DNA from: an uncultured Candidatus Saccharibacteria bacterium
GTDB lineage: Bacteria; Patescibacteriota; Doudnabacteria; UBA920
Direction: 5' to 3'
Length of the DNA stretch: 64,000 nt
Assembly (NCBI GenBank): GCA_964473815.1
Contig: CAYYQK010000003.1
Coordinates: 23,115-87,114 of the forward strand
Shown here: positions 46,562 to 56,275 of the stretch, piece after piece
How the letters are laid out: each line of letters starts with the position of its first letter
Numbering within the stretch: position 1 is the first letter of the stretch
Position numbers and translations under genes: made by a program
Notes under the pieces: model-generated
Told to the model about the DNA's origin: nothing
Seen by the model: the letters and a program-made list of their open reading frames with translations, nothing else
Database searches by the model: none

Positions 46562-46944
46562 TATTTGATGGCATTATCGGAATTTTTACCAAAATCTAAG
46601 GCACCTTCCTGGATCTTCTCGGCCATAGACAAGTACTCATCGCCCGGATGATCCCCGGTTAAATCGTTAGTAGTTTCTTCCACGGATTGCAAATAGTTGT
46701 TAAGGTTTTGAACTTTTTCTTCATTGCCCATTTCGGCCGGCACTTGGTCAGGAACCAATGCAGTGAGATCAGGTGATTCTCCAAAATTGCTTGGGTTTTC
46801 CTGTTTCGGCGCGATATCAATTGCATTATGATCCAGAGAATGATCGGTTTCTAAACCTTTCGCCTGTTCTTGGGCGTTCTCTGGTTGATTTTGAATGTGA
46901 TCTGGAGTTAAACCAGCTTCCAAATGTCCTTTGTTTTCTTCCAT
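46561..46944 (-). CDS. Acidic hypothetical protein (127 aa), first gene of the ATPase operon
   Basis: pI very low (E/D/N/Q-rich). Stop overlaps the ATPase start. Extended -10 TGGTATAAT upstream (46977-46985). Confidence 0.5.
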   Translation of the reverse strand: MEENKGHLEAGLTPDHIQNQPENAQEQAKGLETDHSLDHNAIDIAPKQENPSNFGESPDLTALVPDQVPAEMGNEEKVQNLNNYLQSVEETTNDLTGDHPGDEYLSMAEKIQEGALDFGKNSDNAIK

Positions 46945-46976
46945 TTTTTGTTTCTAATTGTAGTTTTGTCTTCAAT

Positions 46977-46985
46977 ATTATACCA
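46977..46985 (-). promoter_or_regulatory. Extended -10 TGGTATAAT for the acidic-protein/ATPase operon
   Basis: Plus strand reads ATTATACCA, about 30 nt upstream of the ATG at 46944. Confidence 0.3.
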
Positions 46986-47009
46986 TATTTGCATGCAAAC
47001 CTAAAACTA

Positions 47010-47038
47010 TTGACAAAGGCTTAATTTAGAGGTATATT
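47010..47038 (+). promoter_or_regulatory. Consensus sigma70 promoter TTGACA-17-TATATT on the plus strand, divergent from the ATPase operon
   Basis: TTGACA 47010-47015, 17-nt spacer, TATATT 47033-47038. No plus-strand CDS follows. Confidence 0.4.
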
Positions 47039-47044
47039 ATTGGT

Positions 47045-47143
47045 GTATCCATGAAGCGAAAGCTTTATTCAGCCACGGCTTTCTAGCCCATGCTGAAAGT
47101 GGGTACGAATTAAAGCAGCCTTTTCTTGGCTGTTTTAATTTTA
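47045..47143 (+). ncRNA. Candidate small RNA (about 100 nt) bounded by the above promoter and a hairpin+T-run
   Basis: Terminator-like GCAGCC-TTTTCTT-GGCTGT + TTTAATTTT at 47115-47143. Internal hairpins (CCCA...TGGG). Only a 10-codon ORF inside. Confidence 0.25.
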
Positions 47144-47482
47144 AAAAACGCTGTAAAAAATGATTGGGCCCGATCCAGTTTTCCTGAGAACCACTTCTAC
47201 TGAGCCTGGCTTCAATGCCAAATATATCTCAGTTTTATTCCCGATTACCCTAGCTTCTGTATTATAAATGGACTGTGCCGAATTAATTATTCTTATTGCT
47301 TCTGATAAAAGTGATAAACGGCGTAAATATTCCTCTTTAGTTCTAGCATGACCTAAACCATTATAACGCAAGTGGTATAATCCTTTGGAGTTAAAAATCA
47401 CATCTGATTTTAAAACCGGGCAATAAACTTTCCTGATGGTTTTATACCATCTTTTTGTTTCTTCAATAAATTTTTGTGTCAT
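47141..47482 (-). CDS. Hypothetical protein (113 aa)
   Basis: Sits between the secY terminator and the acidic protein gene. No motif recognised. Confidence 0.45.
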   Translation of the reverse strand: MTQKFIEETKRWYKTIRKVYCPVLKSDVIFNSKGLYHLRYNGLGHARTKEEYLRRLSLLSEAIRIINSAQSIYNTEARVIGNKTEIYLALKPGSVEVVLRKTGSGPIIFYSVF

Positions 47483-47530
47483 ATCAAAATAGATAAGATA
47501 TCAGCTTATCTAAAAATCAAAATTGCGTCA

Positions 47531-47562
47531 ATAAAAAAGCCCCTGGAAAATTCCAGAGGCTT
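47531..47562 (-). terminator. Rho-independent terminator immediately after secY (end of the ribosomal superoperon)
   Basis: On the minus strand: GCCTCTGGAATTTTCCAGGGGC + TTTTTT. Confidence 0.55.
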
Positions 47563-47576
47563 TAAAAAAATTTTAT

Positions 47577-48860
47577 CTAGTAACCTTTGTAGTCATGCAT
47601 GGTCAGCTGCGCTTCTACCTGCTTGATCGTTTCAATGACTACAGAAACTACAATTAGTAAACCAGTACCACCAAGAGTCAATGACTGCGTGCCAGTCCAA
47701 TGCTTTACAGCAAATGGCAGCACCGCAATAATTCCAAGGAAGATTGAACCAGGCAAAGTAATGCGGTTCAAAACTTTATACAAGTAGTTCGCAGTCTGTT
47801 GTCCTGGTCGAAGTCCAGGAATGAAGCCACCACTGCGCTGCATGTTTTCTGCAACGTCATCAGGATTAACAACAATATTTGTATAGAAGTAAGTGAAGGC
47901 AACAACCAACAAGAAATATGCGCCAGCATAGTACCAACTTTGGTTGTTGGTGAAGTTGATAACTTTCTGTGCCCAATCAGCAATCAAATGAGTTTTCGCA
48001 GTGGTAAAGAATTGCGCAATGATCGCTGGGAACAACATCAAGGACAAAGCAAAGATAATTGGAATAACGCCGGCTTGGTTAAGTCTCATCGGCAAGTGAG
48101 AATCCACTCCCCCAACTTGACGTTCACCGCGCATACGTTTTGCATATGACACCGGAATGTTACGCTGTGCTTCTGTTACCAAAATAACTCCGGCAATGAC
48201 CAAAATAATTCCAGCCACAAAACCAATAATCATTGGGAGCTTGCTTGGATCATACAATTCAACCAAAGAACGCAAACTTGCTGGTAAACGAGCAATAATA
48301 CCTGCAAAAATAATTAACGACAAACCATTCCCAATTCCGTATTCAGAAATAATTTCCCCAATCCACATTACCAGCATGGTGCCGGTTGCAATTGCAAGTA
48401 GAGTCAAAAACCACTGGAACGGACTAAATGTTCCCAAAACTGCACTTGCACCAGGTTGACTAGCAAGCAAGCGCAAGGTTCCAAAACCAGACAGTACTGC
48501 TAAAGGAATAGTTAAGAAACGAGTATATTGGTTAATTTTCGCGCGCCCAGCTTCACCGCTTTCCTTTTGAAGCTCCTTCAAAGATGGCACAATCATAGTC
48601 AACAACTGCATAATAATAGATGCAGTAATGTATGGACCAACCCCAAGCATAGCAATAGAAAAGTTGGTTAGTCCTCCACCAGAGAAAATATCAAGTAAAT
48701 TTAAAAATTGATTACCGGCAAAAAAAGTTTTCAAGCCAGTAGCATTTACGCCAGGAATTGGGATATGAACTAAAACACGAGTAGCTAGCAACAACAAAAG
48801 CACTGATAGAATCTTCCAGCGCAAGTCTTTAGTTTTCCAAATCAGGGTTAAAGTATTCAT
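47577..48860 (-). CDS. secY: Preprotein translocase subunit SecY
   Basis: 427 aa, 10 TM helices, GIGNG-like motifs. Confidence 0.9.
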   Translation of the reverse strand: MNTLTLIWKTKDLRWKILSVLLLLLATRVLVHIPIPGVNATGLKTFFAGNQFLNLLDIFSGGGLTNFSIAMLGVGPYITASIIMQLLTMIVPSLKELQKESGEAGRAKINQYTRFLTIPLAVLSGFGTLRLLASQPGASAVLGTFSPFQWFLTLLAIATGTMLVMWIGEIISEYGIGNGLSLIIFAGIIARLPASLRSLVELYDPSKLPMIIGFVAGIILVIAGVILVTEAQRNIPVSYAKRMRGERQVGGVDSHLPMRLNQAGVIPIIFALSLMLFPAIIAQFFTTAKTHLIADWAQKVINFTNNQSWYYAGAYFLLVVAFTYFYTNIVVNPDDVAENMQRSGGFIPGLRPGQQTANYLYKVLNRITLPGSIFLGIIAVLPFAVKHWTGTQSLTLGGTGLLIVVSVVIETIKQVEAQLTMHDYKGY

Positions 48861-48897
48861 AGTATTTATTTTACCTTACAAAGCGAAAAGTAGCCAA

Positions 48898-49332
48898 TTA
48901 GGCTACAGTTCCACCAGCTTTTTCAATTGATGCTTTTGCAGTTTCAGAAACAGGAACTTTAAAAGTAAGTTTACGAGCAATCTTACCCTGCAAAATTTTC
49001 ACCTTATTAGATCCAGATGGGACTAAACCTTGGCCACGCAAAGAAGCAACTGTTACTGTATCACCATCTTTAAATACCGAAAGTGCGTCCAACTTAATTA
49101 CTGTTGCCTTGTCATGCAAGCTCTTAAAACCACGAAGTTTCGGAATCTGACGAATCAACGGTTGACGACCACCTTCAAAACGGGCTGGCAATTTGGAATG
49201 ACCAGTACGCTTGGTCTGACCTTTATTACCACGAGTGGAATAAGTACCATGACCACTACCAATACCGCGACCAACAACTTTGCGGCGCTTTGTAGACTTT
49301 GGATGCTTTTTTAATTGATGAAGTTTGATCAT
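48898..49332 (-). CDS. rplO: 50S ribosomal protein L15
   Basis: MIKLHQLKKHPK... G/R/K-rich. The ORF extends to 49350, overlapping rpsE; the internal Met is the likely start. Confidence 0.85.
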   Translation of the reverse strand: MIKLHQLKKHPKSTKRRKVVGRGIGSGHGTYSTRGNKGQTKRTGHSKLPARFEGGRQPLIRQIPKLRGFKSLHDKATVIKLDALSVFKDGDTVTVASLRGQGLVPSGSNKVKILQGKIARKLTFKVPVSETAKASIEKAGGTVA

Positions 49333-49336
49333 ATAT

Positions 49337-49936
49337 TTACTTGCGGGCACTTAAAATTGTATCTTTGCTGCGCATAGATTTAAATGCTTCAAATGCAGCG
49401 CGAACATTGTTTACTTTGTTGTTAGAACCCAACATTTTAGAAATAACATTCTTCACACCAGCCATGTCGAGCACGCTACGAACAGCACCACCAGCAATAA
49501 CACCAGTACCAGGACGAGCCGGCAACATAATGATTTGCGAAGACTTGTACTTCAACTTGATTTCGTGCGGGATAGTATCGTTAATCAATGGCAAAGTAAT
49601 CATGTTCTTCTTCGCTTCGTTAACTGCTTTGTTTACGCTTTCAGCAACATCATTACCTTTTTTCAAACCAATACCAACTTTACCTTTGTGATCACCAATA
49701 ACAACTAAGGCGCGGAAGCGCATGCGCTTTCCACCACCAGTAACACGCGTCACGCGCTTTACTTCTACAACCTTTTGGTCGAATTCGCGTGGTTGACGAT
49801 CGCCGCCTGGACCACCGCGACGTGGACCACCGCGACGTGGACCGCGATTGTCGCCACCACGTTCACCACGGCCGGCATTACCTTCAGTTTTTCCTTGAAA
49901 ATTATCTGGCATATTAAAATTCCAATCCTGCTGCAC
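49337..49936 (-). CDS. rpsE: 30S ribosomal protein S5 with G/R-rich N-terminal extension
   Basis: [21 protein letters not shown]... Confidence 0.9.
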   Translation of the reverse strand: MQQDWNFNMPDNFQGKTEGNAGRGERGGDNRGPRRGGPRRGGPGGDRQPREFDQKVVEVKRVTRVTGGGKRMRFRALVVIGDHKGKVGIGLKKGNDVAESVNKAVNEAKKNMITLPLINDTIPHEIKLKYKSSQIIMLPARPGTGVIAGGAVRSVLDMAGVKNVISKMLGSNNKVNNVRAAFEAFKSMRSKDTILSARK

Positions 49937-50273
49937 GCGCAGCTTCAGCTAGAGCTTTCACTCGGCCATGGTATGCATACCCGCCGCGATCAAACACAAC
50001 TGTATTAATTCCTTTTGCTTTCGCCTTTTCTGCAATACTAGTTCCAACCTGAGTAGCTGCATCTGCTTTTGCAGACTTTGCTTTTAGTTCACTGCTAGAA
50101 GCAGCAACTAATGTCTTACCTGTCTTATCATCAATAATCTGAGCGTAAATTTGAGAATTAGAACGGAATACCGAAAGACGTGGGCGATCTGTTTTCCCAA
50201 TGATAGTTTTGCGAACACGAGTGTGGCGCAACTGACGCTTGTCTCTCTTAATTTTTTCCTTGTGCATAGTCAT
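49914..50273 (-). CDS. rplR: 50S ribosomal protein L18
   Basis: RLSVFRSN...YAQIIDD...[13 protein letters not shown]. Confidence 0.9.
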   Translation of the reverse strand: MTMHKEKIKRDKRQLRHTRVRKTIIGKTDRPRLSVFRSNSQIYAQIIDDKTGKTLVAASSSELKAKSAKADAATQVGTSIAEKAKAKGINTVVFDRGGYAYHGRVKALAEAARAAGLEF

Positions 50274-50287
50274 ATATTTACGTGTGA

Positions 50288-50881
50288 TTATTTACCAACA
50301 GCTTTAACAACTTTACCGGCCTTACGGACGATAGTTTCATCACTGTACTTAATACCTTTACCTTTGTATGGCTCTGGCTTCTTTAATTCGCGGATGTTTG
50401 CTGCAGTCTGACCTACTAATTGCTTATCAATACCAGTCAAAGTTATGGTTGTTTGATACTGCAAGATACCAACTTTGGCCGGATCTTTTTCTACCTTAGC
50501 TTCAACGCCTGCAGGAATTGCAAAACTTACTGGGTGAGAAAAACCAAGGCTCATCACCAATTCTTGGCCACGAACTTCAGCTTTAAAACCAACACCAACT
50601 ACATCTAATTGCTTTGTGTAACCGGCGTTAACACCATCAACCATGTTCTGAACCAAAGCGCGGAATAAACCCCAAAGAGCTTTTTCGCGTTTGTCTTCTT
50701 TCTTAGCAACATCAACTAGAACTTCCTGACCAGCTTCACCAGCTTGAATTTTAACTTCTACCTTTGGATGAATTTCTTGAGTAAGACTTCCCTTAGATCC
50801 TTTTACAGTTAAAACACCGTTAGCCAATTCAGCAGTAACGCCATTAGGGAGAACAACTGGTTTTTTTCCAATACGACTCAT
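50288..50881 (-). CDS. rplF: 50S ribosomal protein L6
   Basis: MSRIGKKPV...two-domain L6. Confidence 0.9.
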   Translation of the reverse strand: MSRIGKKPVVLPNGVTAELANGVLTVKGSKGSLTQEIHPKVEVKIQAGEAGQEVLVDVAKKEDKREKALWGLFRALVQNMVDGVNAGYTKQLDVVGVGFKAEVRGQELVMSLGFSHPVSFAIPAGVEAKVEKDPAKVGILQYQTTITLTGIDKQLVGQTAANIRELKKPEPYKGKGIKYSDETIVRKAGKVVKAVGK

Positions 50882-50907
50882 ATATCTACAATTATCTTTC
50901 TAAAAGC

Positions 50908-51300
50908 TTACCAAACTTGGCAAACTACTTCTCCGCCCAAACGGTCTTTGCGGGCTTGTTTATCTGTTAAAAGACCACGTGAAGTCGACACTACAGTCAC
51001 GCCATAACCACCATTGGTACGAGGAATCTTTGCAACTGGCAAATAGATGCGTTGGCCTGGAGTAGACACACGCTTAATACCAGAAATTACCGGAGTACCG
51101 CCGTTATCATATTTTAAATTCAACTGCAAAGTCTTAATGCGACCTGGAAGTTCGTTTACACCACTAATAAAACCTTCTTGCAATAATACATTTGCCAAGC
51201 TGTGCTTGAACTTTGAGTAAGGCATTACTAACTCAGCCTTGCGGGCAGCAAGAGCATTGCGAATGCGGGTTAACATGTCTGAAATAGGATCTGTATACAT
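50908..51300 (-). CDS. rpsH: 30S ribosomal protein S8
   Basis: DPISDMLTRIRNA... Confidence 0.9.
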   Translation of the reverse strand: MYTDPISDMLTRIRNALAARKAELVMPYSKFKHSLANVLLQEGFISGVNELPGRIKTLQLNLKYDNGGTPVISGIKRVSTPGQRIYLPVAKIPRTNGGYGVTVVSTSRGLLTDKQARKDRLGGEVVCQVW

Positions 51301-51314
51301 AGGATTGAGTTAGT

Positions 51315-51509
51315 TTACCAAGATGCTTTAACTACACCAGGGATCTCGCCTCGACTAGCAAGTTCACGGAAACAAATACGGCAAAGAGCGAAATCGCGCA
51401 TAAAGCCAGCTTTACGGCCGCATTTCCAGCAACGTCGAATAACACGCGAAGAGAATTTCGGTTTGGTCAAGCTTCTATTTGCTTTTGCGATTAGAGATTT
51501 CTTAGCCAT
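51315..51509 (-). CDS. rpsZ: 30S ribosomal protein S14 type Z (zinc-binding)
   Basis: 61-64 aa, CWKCGR...CRIC. Confidence 0.9.
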   Translation of the reverse strand: MAKKSLIAKANRSLTKPKFSSRVIRRCWKCGRKAGFMRDFALCRICFRELASRGEIPGVVKASW

Positions 51510-51514
51510 ATTAA

Positions 51515-52060
51515 TTAGTTATTTTCTTTGACGAATGGGAAGTTCATAGCGGTCAACAGTGCTTTTGCTGGTTCGTCTTTACCAGCGTTCGTTACAACTG
51601 ATACTTGTAGTCCAAAAATGTGTTCAAGTGCTTCATTGGAGATTTCCGGGAACACAATGTGTTCTTTTAATCCCAAGTGATAGTTACCGCGGCCATCAAA
51701 CTTTGCGGAAATTCCGCGGAAGTCTTTAACGCGAGGTAATGCCACTGAAACCAGCTTGTCTATAAAATCGTACATGCGTTCGCCACGAAGAGTCACTGCC
51801 ATACCAACCACTTGCTGTTCACGAATCTTGAATCCGGCGATAGACTTGCGAGCCTTGGTTTCGACTGGTGCTTGCCCAGCAATTGCTGTTAAGTCGCGCT
51901 TAATAGATTCCACATACTTACCGTCTTTCAGGAATTTACCAATACCGACGTTGATCATCACTTTGGTAACTTTCGGTACTTCCATCGCATTTGTGTAACC
52001 GAATTCTTCTTTCAGCTTTGGAACGATCTCTTTATTATATTTTTCTAGTAGTCTGTTCAT
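51515..52060 (-). CDS. rplE: 50S ribosomal protein L5
   Basis: NRLLEKY...NAMEVPK. Confidence 0.9.
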   Translation of the reverse strand: MNRLLEKYNKEIVPKLKEEFGYTNAMEVPKVTKVMINVGIGKFLKDGKYVESIKRDLTAIAGQAPVETKARKSIAGFKIREQQVVGMAVTLRGERMYDFIDKLVSVALPRVKDFRGISAKFDGRGNYHLGLKEHIVFPEISNEALEHIFGLQVSVVTNAGKDEPAKALLTAMNFPFVKENN

Positions 52061-52069
52061 ATGCGTTCC

Positions 52070-52393
52070 TTAAATAGCCTTTCCACTTTTCTTAGCAATG
52101 CGTTGCTTGGTTCCGTTTTCGAGTGTCTTGTAACCAACGCGTGAAGGCTGCCCAGAATTGCTATCAATCAACATTACTTTTGAAACATTGATTGGCGAAG
52201 ACAAGCTGATCTTTTGACCAACCTGACGACCAGTGCGGCCTTTGGAGAACTTGGTGTGTACGTTGACATTCTCAACCACGACCTTACCAATATTTGGCAA
52301 AGCGCGTAATACAGTACCAGTCTTGCCTTTATCCTTACCGGATAAAATCTTAACGGTATCGCCTTTCTTAATTTTCATCTTAATCTTAGTCAT
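52070..52393 (-). CDS. rplX: 50S ribosomal protein L24
   Basis: KIKKGDTVKILSGKDKGK (KOW). Confidence 0.9.
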   Translation of the reverse strand: MTKIKMKIKKGDTVKILSGKDKGKTGTVLRALPNIGKVVVENVNVHTKFSKGRTGRQVGQKISLSSPINVSKVMLIDSNSGQPSRVGYKTLENGTKQRIAKKSGKAI

Positions 52394-52407
52394 GTCTGTA
52401 AAATAAA

Positions 52408-52779
52408 TTAGATAACTTCTGGCGCCATAGATACAATTTTATTGTATCCTTTGTCGCGAATTTCACGAGCCACTGGTCCGAAGATACGGGTTCCGCGTGG
52501 TTCGCCTTTTTCTTTGTCTACCAATACGCCTGCGTTTTCATCAAAACGGATGTAAGAACCATCTTTGCGACGGATTTCCTTTTTGGTGCGAACGATTAGC
52601 GCGTAAACCTTATCACCTTTCTTAACCTGGCCGCCAGGAGCTGCCTGACGTACTGATCCTGCAACAATGTCGCCTACACCGGCAAAGCGACGGGCATTCT
52701 TTCCGTTCACGCTGAAAACGTTGACGATTTTGGCGCCAGTGTTATCTGCGATTTTAATTAAGGATCGTACTTGTAACAT
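52408..52779 (-). CDS. rplN: 50S ribosomal protein L14
   Basis: [17 protein letters not shown]. Confidence 0.9.
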   Translation of the reverse strand: MLQVRSLIKIADNTGAKIVNVFSVNGKNARRFAGVGDIVAGSVRQAAPGGQVKKGDKVYALIVRTKKEIRRKDGSYIRFDENAGVLVDKEKGEPRGTRIFGPVAREIRDKGYNKIVSMAPEVI

Positions 52780-52802
52780 ACAGGTTAAGAGAGATGATTA
52801 GA

Positions 52803-53069
52803 TTAATTATTGTGAGAAACAGTTTTGATAACTGCGAAGTGCTTGTCTTTCGACATGGGACGAGTAGATTCGATTACTACACGGTCACCGATTTCGCAAT
52901 TATTTGCTTCATCATGTGCTTTGTACTTAATCGACTTGGTGTAACTCTTGTGATACTTAGGGTGACGCATGCGTACATCCACTTTCACCACAACAGTTTT
53001 GTCCATCTTATTCGAAACAACCACTCCGGTCATTTGCTGTTTTGTAGCTTTTTTTACTTCTTCTGTCAT
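52803..53069 (-). CDS. rpsQ: 30S ribosomal protein S17
   Basis: [16 protein letters not shown]. Confidence 0.9.
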   Translation of the reverse strand: MTEEVKKATKQQMTGVVVSNKMDKTVVVKVDVRMRHPKYHKSYTKSIKYKAHDEANNCEIGDRVVIESTRPMSKDKHFAVIKTVSHNN

Positions 53070-53080
53070 ATATATAGAGG

Positions 53081-53269
53081 TTAGTTAGCTCGTAAATAAG
53101 TAAGGATACGAGCAATGTCCTTGCGGATTCCAGAAAGTTCGTGAAGATTCTTTACTTGGCCAAGCTTTTTCTTCATAGCTAGGTCAGCAGCTTTTTCACG
53201 AAGTTCAGCTAAATCTTTACGAAGCTGATCCGGAGTTTTCTGTGATAATTCTTTATAAACTAGTGTCAT
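53081..53269 (-). CDS. rpmC: 50S ribosomal protein L29
   Basis: 62 aa, [11 protein letters not shown]. Confidence 0.85.
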   Translation of the reverse strand: MTLVYKELSQKTPDQLRKDLAELREKAADLAMKKKLGQVKNLHELSGIRKDIARILTYLRAN

Positions 53270-53286
53270 ACAATTATTTCCTTCAG

Positions 53287-53694
53287 CTATTCTTTAATCA
53301 AAAACTTAGTCTTCACTGGCAACTTGTGAGCTGCGAGTCTCATTGCTTCACGAGCCTGAGCTTCAGTTACACCATCCATCTCGTACAAAATGCGCCCTTT
53401 CTTAACAACAGCAACAAAGTGAGATACTGCACCTTTACCACTACCCATTACAGATTCATTACCGTGATCAGTGATTGGCTTGTCTGGGAAAATGCGAATC
53501 CAAATTTTACCACCACGGTTAATACTGCGAGTCATGGCGCGACGAGCTGATTCAATCTGGCGAGCAGTCACAAAAGAGCCTTCGAGCGCCTTAAGCGCGA
53601 AAGAACCAAATGCGATAAAGTTACCAGAAGTAGCTTTGCCTTTGTTATGACCGCGGTGATGCTTGCGGTGTTTTACTTTCTTAGGGATTAACAT
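53287..53694 (-). CDS. rplP: 50S ribosomal protein L16
   Basis: [11 protein letters not shown]... Confidence 0.9.
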   Translation of the reverse strand: MLIPKKVKHRKHHRGHNKGKATSGNFIAFGSFALKALEGSFVTARQIESARRAMTRSINRGGKIWIRIFPDKPITDHGNESVMGSGKGAVSHFVAVVKKGRILYEMDGVTEAQAREAMRLAAHKLPVKTKFLIKE

Positions 53695-53707
53695 CTTTTC
53701 TTAAATA

Positions 53708-54358
53708 TTATTTAGATTCTTTCTTCTCAAAAATATCGCCACGGTAGATCCAAACCTTAATACCAATTGTACCGTAAGTAGTGTGCGCAGTTGCCTTTGC
53801 AAAATCAATATCAGCACGCAAAGTGTGAAGTGGGATTTTACCAGCAGACAAATGTTCAGTACGAGCGATTTCTGCACCGTTCAAACGACCACCAATAGCA
53901 ACTTTTACACCCTTAGCACCCGCTTGCATAACTGCTTCCAAAGACTGCTTCATCAAACGACGGAAAGCAACGCGCTTTTCGATTTGTTCAGCAATGCCGC
54001 CAGCAATAACTGCCGCGTGCAAATTCATATCATGAACACCATCAATATTAACTTTCAGTTCTTTCTTAATGCCGAGCTTAGTCTTGATGCGCTTCTTCAA
54101 TTCTTCAATTCCAGCACCGCCCTTACCAATAATCAAACCAGGCTTTGCGGTTGCAATGGAAACAGTGATTGTACCGTCATTCAACCGTTCAATATCAATG
54201 CGCGACAAACCAGCCTTGCGAAGGTGATTCTCAAGGTATTCACGAATACGAATGTCTTCACGAAGAAGTTCTACGTAATTCGCTTTTGAAAACCACTTTG
54301 ACTTCCAAGTGTCAGTGATTTTCAAACGGAATGAAGTTGGATTGATCTTATGTCCCAT
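53708..54358 (-). CDS. rpsC: 30S ribosomal protein S3
   Basis: MGHKINPTSFRL... KH domain. Confidence 0.9.
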   Translation of the reverse strand: MGHKINPTSFRLKITDTWKSKWFSKANYVELLREDIRIREYLENHLRKAGLSRIDIERLNDGTITVSIATAKPGLIIGKGGAGIEELKKRIKTKLGIKKELKVNIDGVHDMNLHAAVIAGGIAEQIEKRVAFRRLMKQSLEAVMQAGAKGVKVAIGGRLNGAEIARTEHLSAGKIPLHTLRADIDFAKATAHTTYGTIGIKVWIYRGDIFEKKESK

Positions 54359-54377
54359 AACGGTTAGTTAGTAACGA

Positions 54378-55055
54378 TTATTTATTTAAATTCTGCGGGC
54401 TAGTTTCATCTTGCTTTACTTCTGCTTCATTTTCATGATGCACTTCTTTTGCTTCAGCATGAGTTTCAATTACATCCGGAGTTGGAGCAGTTTCAGTAGT
54501 TACATCTTCCATTGGTTGTAATGGAGAAGGAATCTTGTCGACTTCTGCTTCTTTAACTGGCTTTACTGCTTTCGGTACAACGGCCGGCTTCTTTTTCTTA
54601 TTCTTGACTTCACGTTCTTCCAAAATGACGTTTACGTGACTAAGTTTGCGGCGAATAACGAACGCGCTTCCACGAGCACGTGGGAATGAACGCTTCATTA
54701 CTGTCCCCATGTCAGTCGTAATAGTCTTGATGAACATATTGTCGCGATTCAAAGAGAAATTATTTTCAGCATTTGCAGCGGCAGATTGCAACAACTTCGT
54801 AAGCATCTTAGCACCCTTTTTGTTGGTGAACTGCAATTGAGTTAAAGCAGAATTTACATTCATGTCTTTTACTAAATTGGTTACCAGGCGCATCTTGCGA
54901 GGCGCAATGCGCAAAGAACGCGCATGTGCTCGAACAAGCACCGCTTCCTTAGGGGCTTTTTCTGCTTTAGCTACAGGCTTTTTTGCAACTGGCTTAGTAG
55001 CCGTTGCTTTCGCAGTAGTAGCTTTCTTATTCTGTTGTGCAGTCTTTTCTGCCAT
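54378..55055 (-). CDS. rplV: 50S ribosomal protein L22 with K/A-rich N-terminal and acidic C-terminal extensions
   Basis: Core VRAHARSLRIAPRKMRLV... and about 70 extra C-terminal residues (E/T/P-rich). Confidence 0.85.
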   Translation of the reverse strand: MAEKTAQQNKKATTAKATATKPVAKKPVAKAEKAPKEAVLVRAHARSLRIAPRKMRLVTNLVKDMNVNSALTQLQFTNKKGAKMLTKLLQSAAANAENNFSLNRDNMFIKTITTDMGTVMKRSFPRARGSAFVIRRKLSHVNVILEEREVKNKKKKPAVVPKAVKPVKEAEVDKIPSPLQPMEDVTTETAPTPDVIETHAEAKEVHHENEAEVKQDETSPQNLNK

Positions 55056-55086
55056 TATTGTTAATTAAACTTTAATCTGTAAATAC

Positions 55087-55413
55087 TTATTTCTTCTTAG
55101 CCGGTGCAGCAGCTGCAGCTGGCTTGGAGGCTTGAGCTGCGGCAGCAGCCTGTTCCTTCGCCATCTTACCACCGTGACGGATAAACTTACGGGTTGGAGA
55201 AAATTCTCCTAACTTATGTCCTACCATTGATTCGTTCACCGATACATCAATAAATTGACGACCGTTGTGAACCTGGAAGATGAAACCAACCATTTCCGGA
55301 CCAATCGCACTATCGCGAGACCAAGTCTTGATTTTATCACCAATCTTACCTGCTGCAACTTTCTTGAGCAAGCGTTCATCAATGTATGGACCTTTTTTTA
55401 AACTTCTAGACAT
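55087..55413 (-). CDS. rpsS: 30S ribosomal protein S19 with Ala-rich C-terminal tail
   Basis: [12 protein letters not shown]... Confidence 0.9.
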   Translation of the reverse strand: MSRSLKKGPYIDERLLKKVAAGKIGDKIKTWSRDSAIGPEMVGFIFQVHNGRQFIDVSVNESMVGHKLGEFSPTRKFIRHGGKMAKEQAAAAAQASKPAAAAAPAKKK

Positions 55414-55422
55414 ATAATTAGA

Positions 55423-56271
55423 TTATTTAGTGCGCTTGTTTACGCGGCGCTTAATAATGAATTTGCCAGATGGCTTCTTCTTATCGCGAGTACGAACACC
55501 CATTGCATGTTTACCCCAAGGAGTCTTTGGATACTTCATACCAATAGAGTTCTGACCTTCACCACCACCATGAGGGTGATCAACCGGGTTCATCACTTTA
55601 CCACGAACTGAAGGACGGATACCCATGTGACGGCTGCGACCAGCTTTACCAATGCGCACGTTCATCCAGTCTGGATTTGAAAGTGTGCCGATAGTAGCTG
55701 TACAGGTTTCGCGCACTTTGCGAATTTCACCAGATGGCATTTTCAATAGAGCGTAACCACCTTCAACGTTTTGCAACAATAAAGAAGAACCAGCACTACG
55801 AGCCACTTTACCACCGTGACCAGGAATCAATTCAACATCGTGGACAAAAGTTCCAATTGGAATTGCAGACATTGGCAGTCTGTTACCAGGGTGAATTTCA
55901 GCTTTTTCGCTAAACATCACTTCACTGCCAACTTTTAAGCCTGCAGGAGAAAGAATGTAACGCTTCACACCATCTTTGTAGAAAACTAAAGAGATGAATG
56001 CTGTGCGAGTTGGATCGTATTCAACAGTTTTGATTGTTCCAGGGATATCTTTGCGGTCAACACGAGAAAAATCTACTACGCGAATTTTTTTGCGCGCGCC
56101 GCCACCTTGGTGACGAACAGTGATTTTACCAGAGTTATTACGACCAGCCTTACGGCCCTTTGCAATGATCAGACCTTTTGGAGTCTTTTCTTTTTTATCA
56201 AGCACAGAAAAATCAGTCACACTTGCAAAGCGACGTCCTGGAGTTGTTGGTTTGTAGAGTTTTACTGCCAT
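55423..56271 (-). CDS. rplB: 50S ribosomal protein L2
   Basis: MAVKLYKPTTPGRR... Confidence 0.9.
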   Translation of the reverse strand: MAVKLYKPTTPGRRFASVTDFSVLDKKEKTPKGLIIAKGRKAGRNNSGKITVRHQGGGARKKIRVVDFSRVDRKDIPGTIKTVEYDPTRTAFISLVFYKDGVKRYILSPAGLKVGSEVMFSEKAEIHPGNRLPMSAIPIGTFVHDVELIPGHGGKVARSAGSSLLLQNVEGGYALLKMPSGEIRKVRETCTATIGTLSNPDWMNVRIGKAGRSRHMGIRPSVRGKVMNPVDHPHGGGEGQNSIGMKYPKTPWGKHAMGVRTRDKKKPSGKFIIKRRVNKRTK

Positions 56272-56275
56272 AGGT

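Noticed and set aside
47045-47143. SRP (4.5S) RNA assignment for the candidate sRNA
   Set aside because: Only the AAGCAGCC string matches. The GNRA tetraloop and the conserved 5'-side GGUC/AGG elements of domain IV are not present in the right arrangement.
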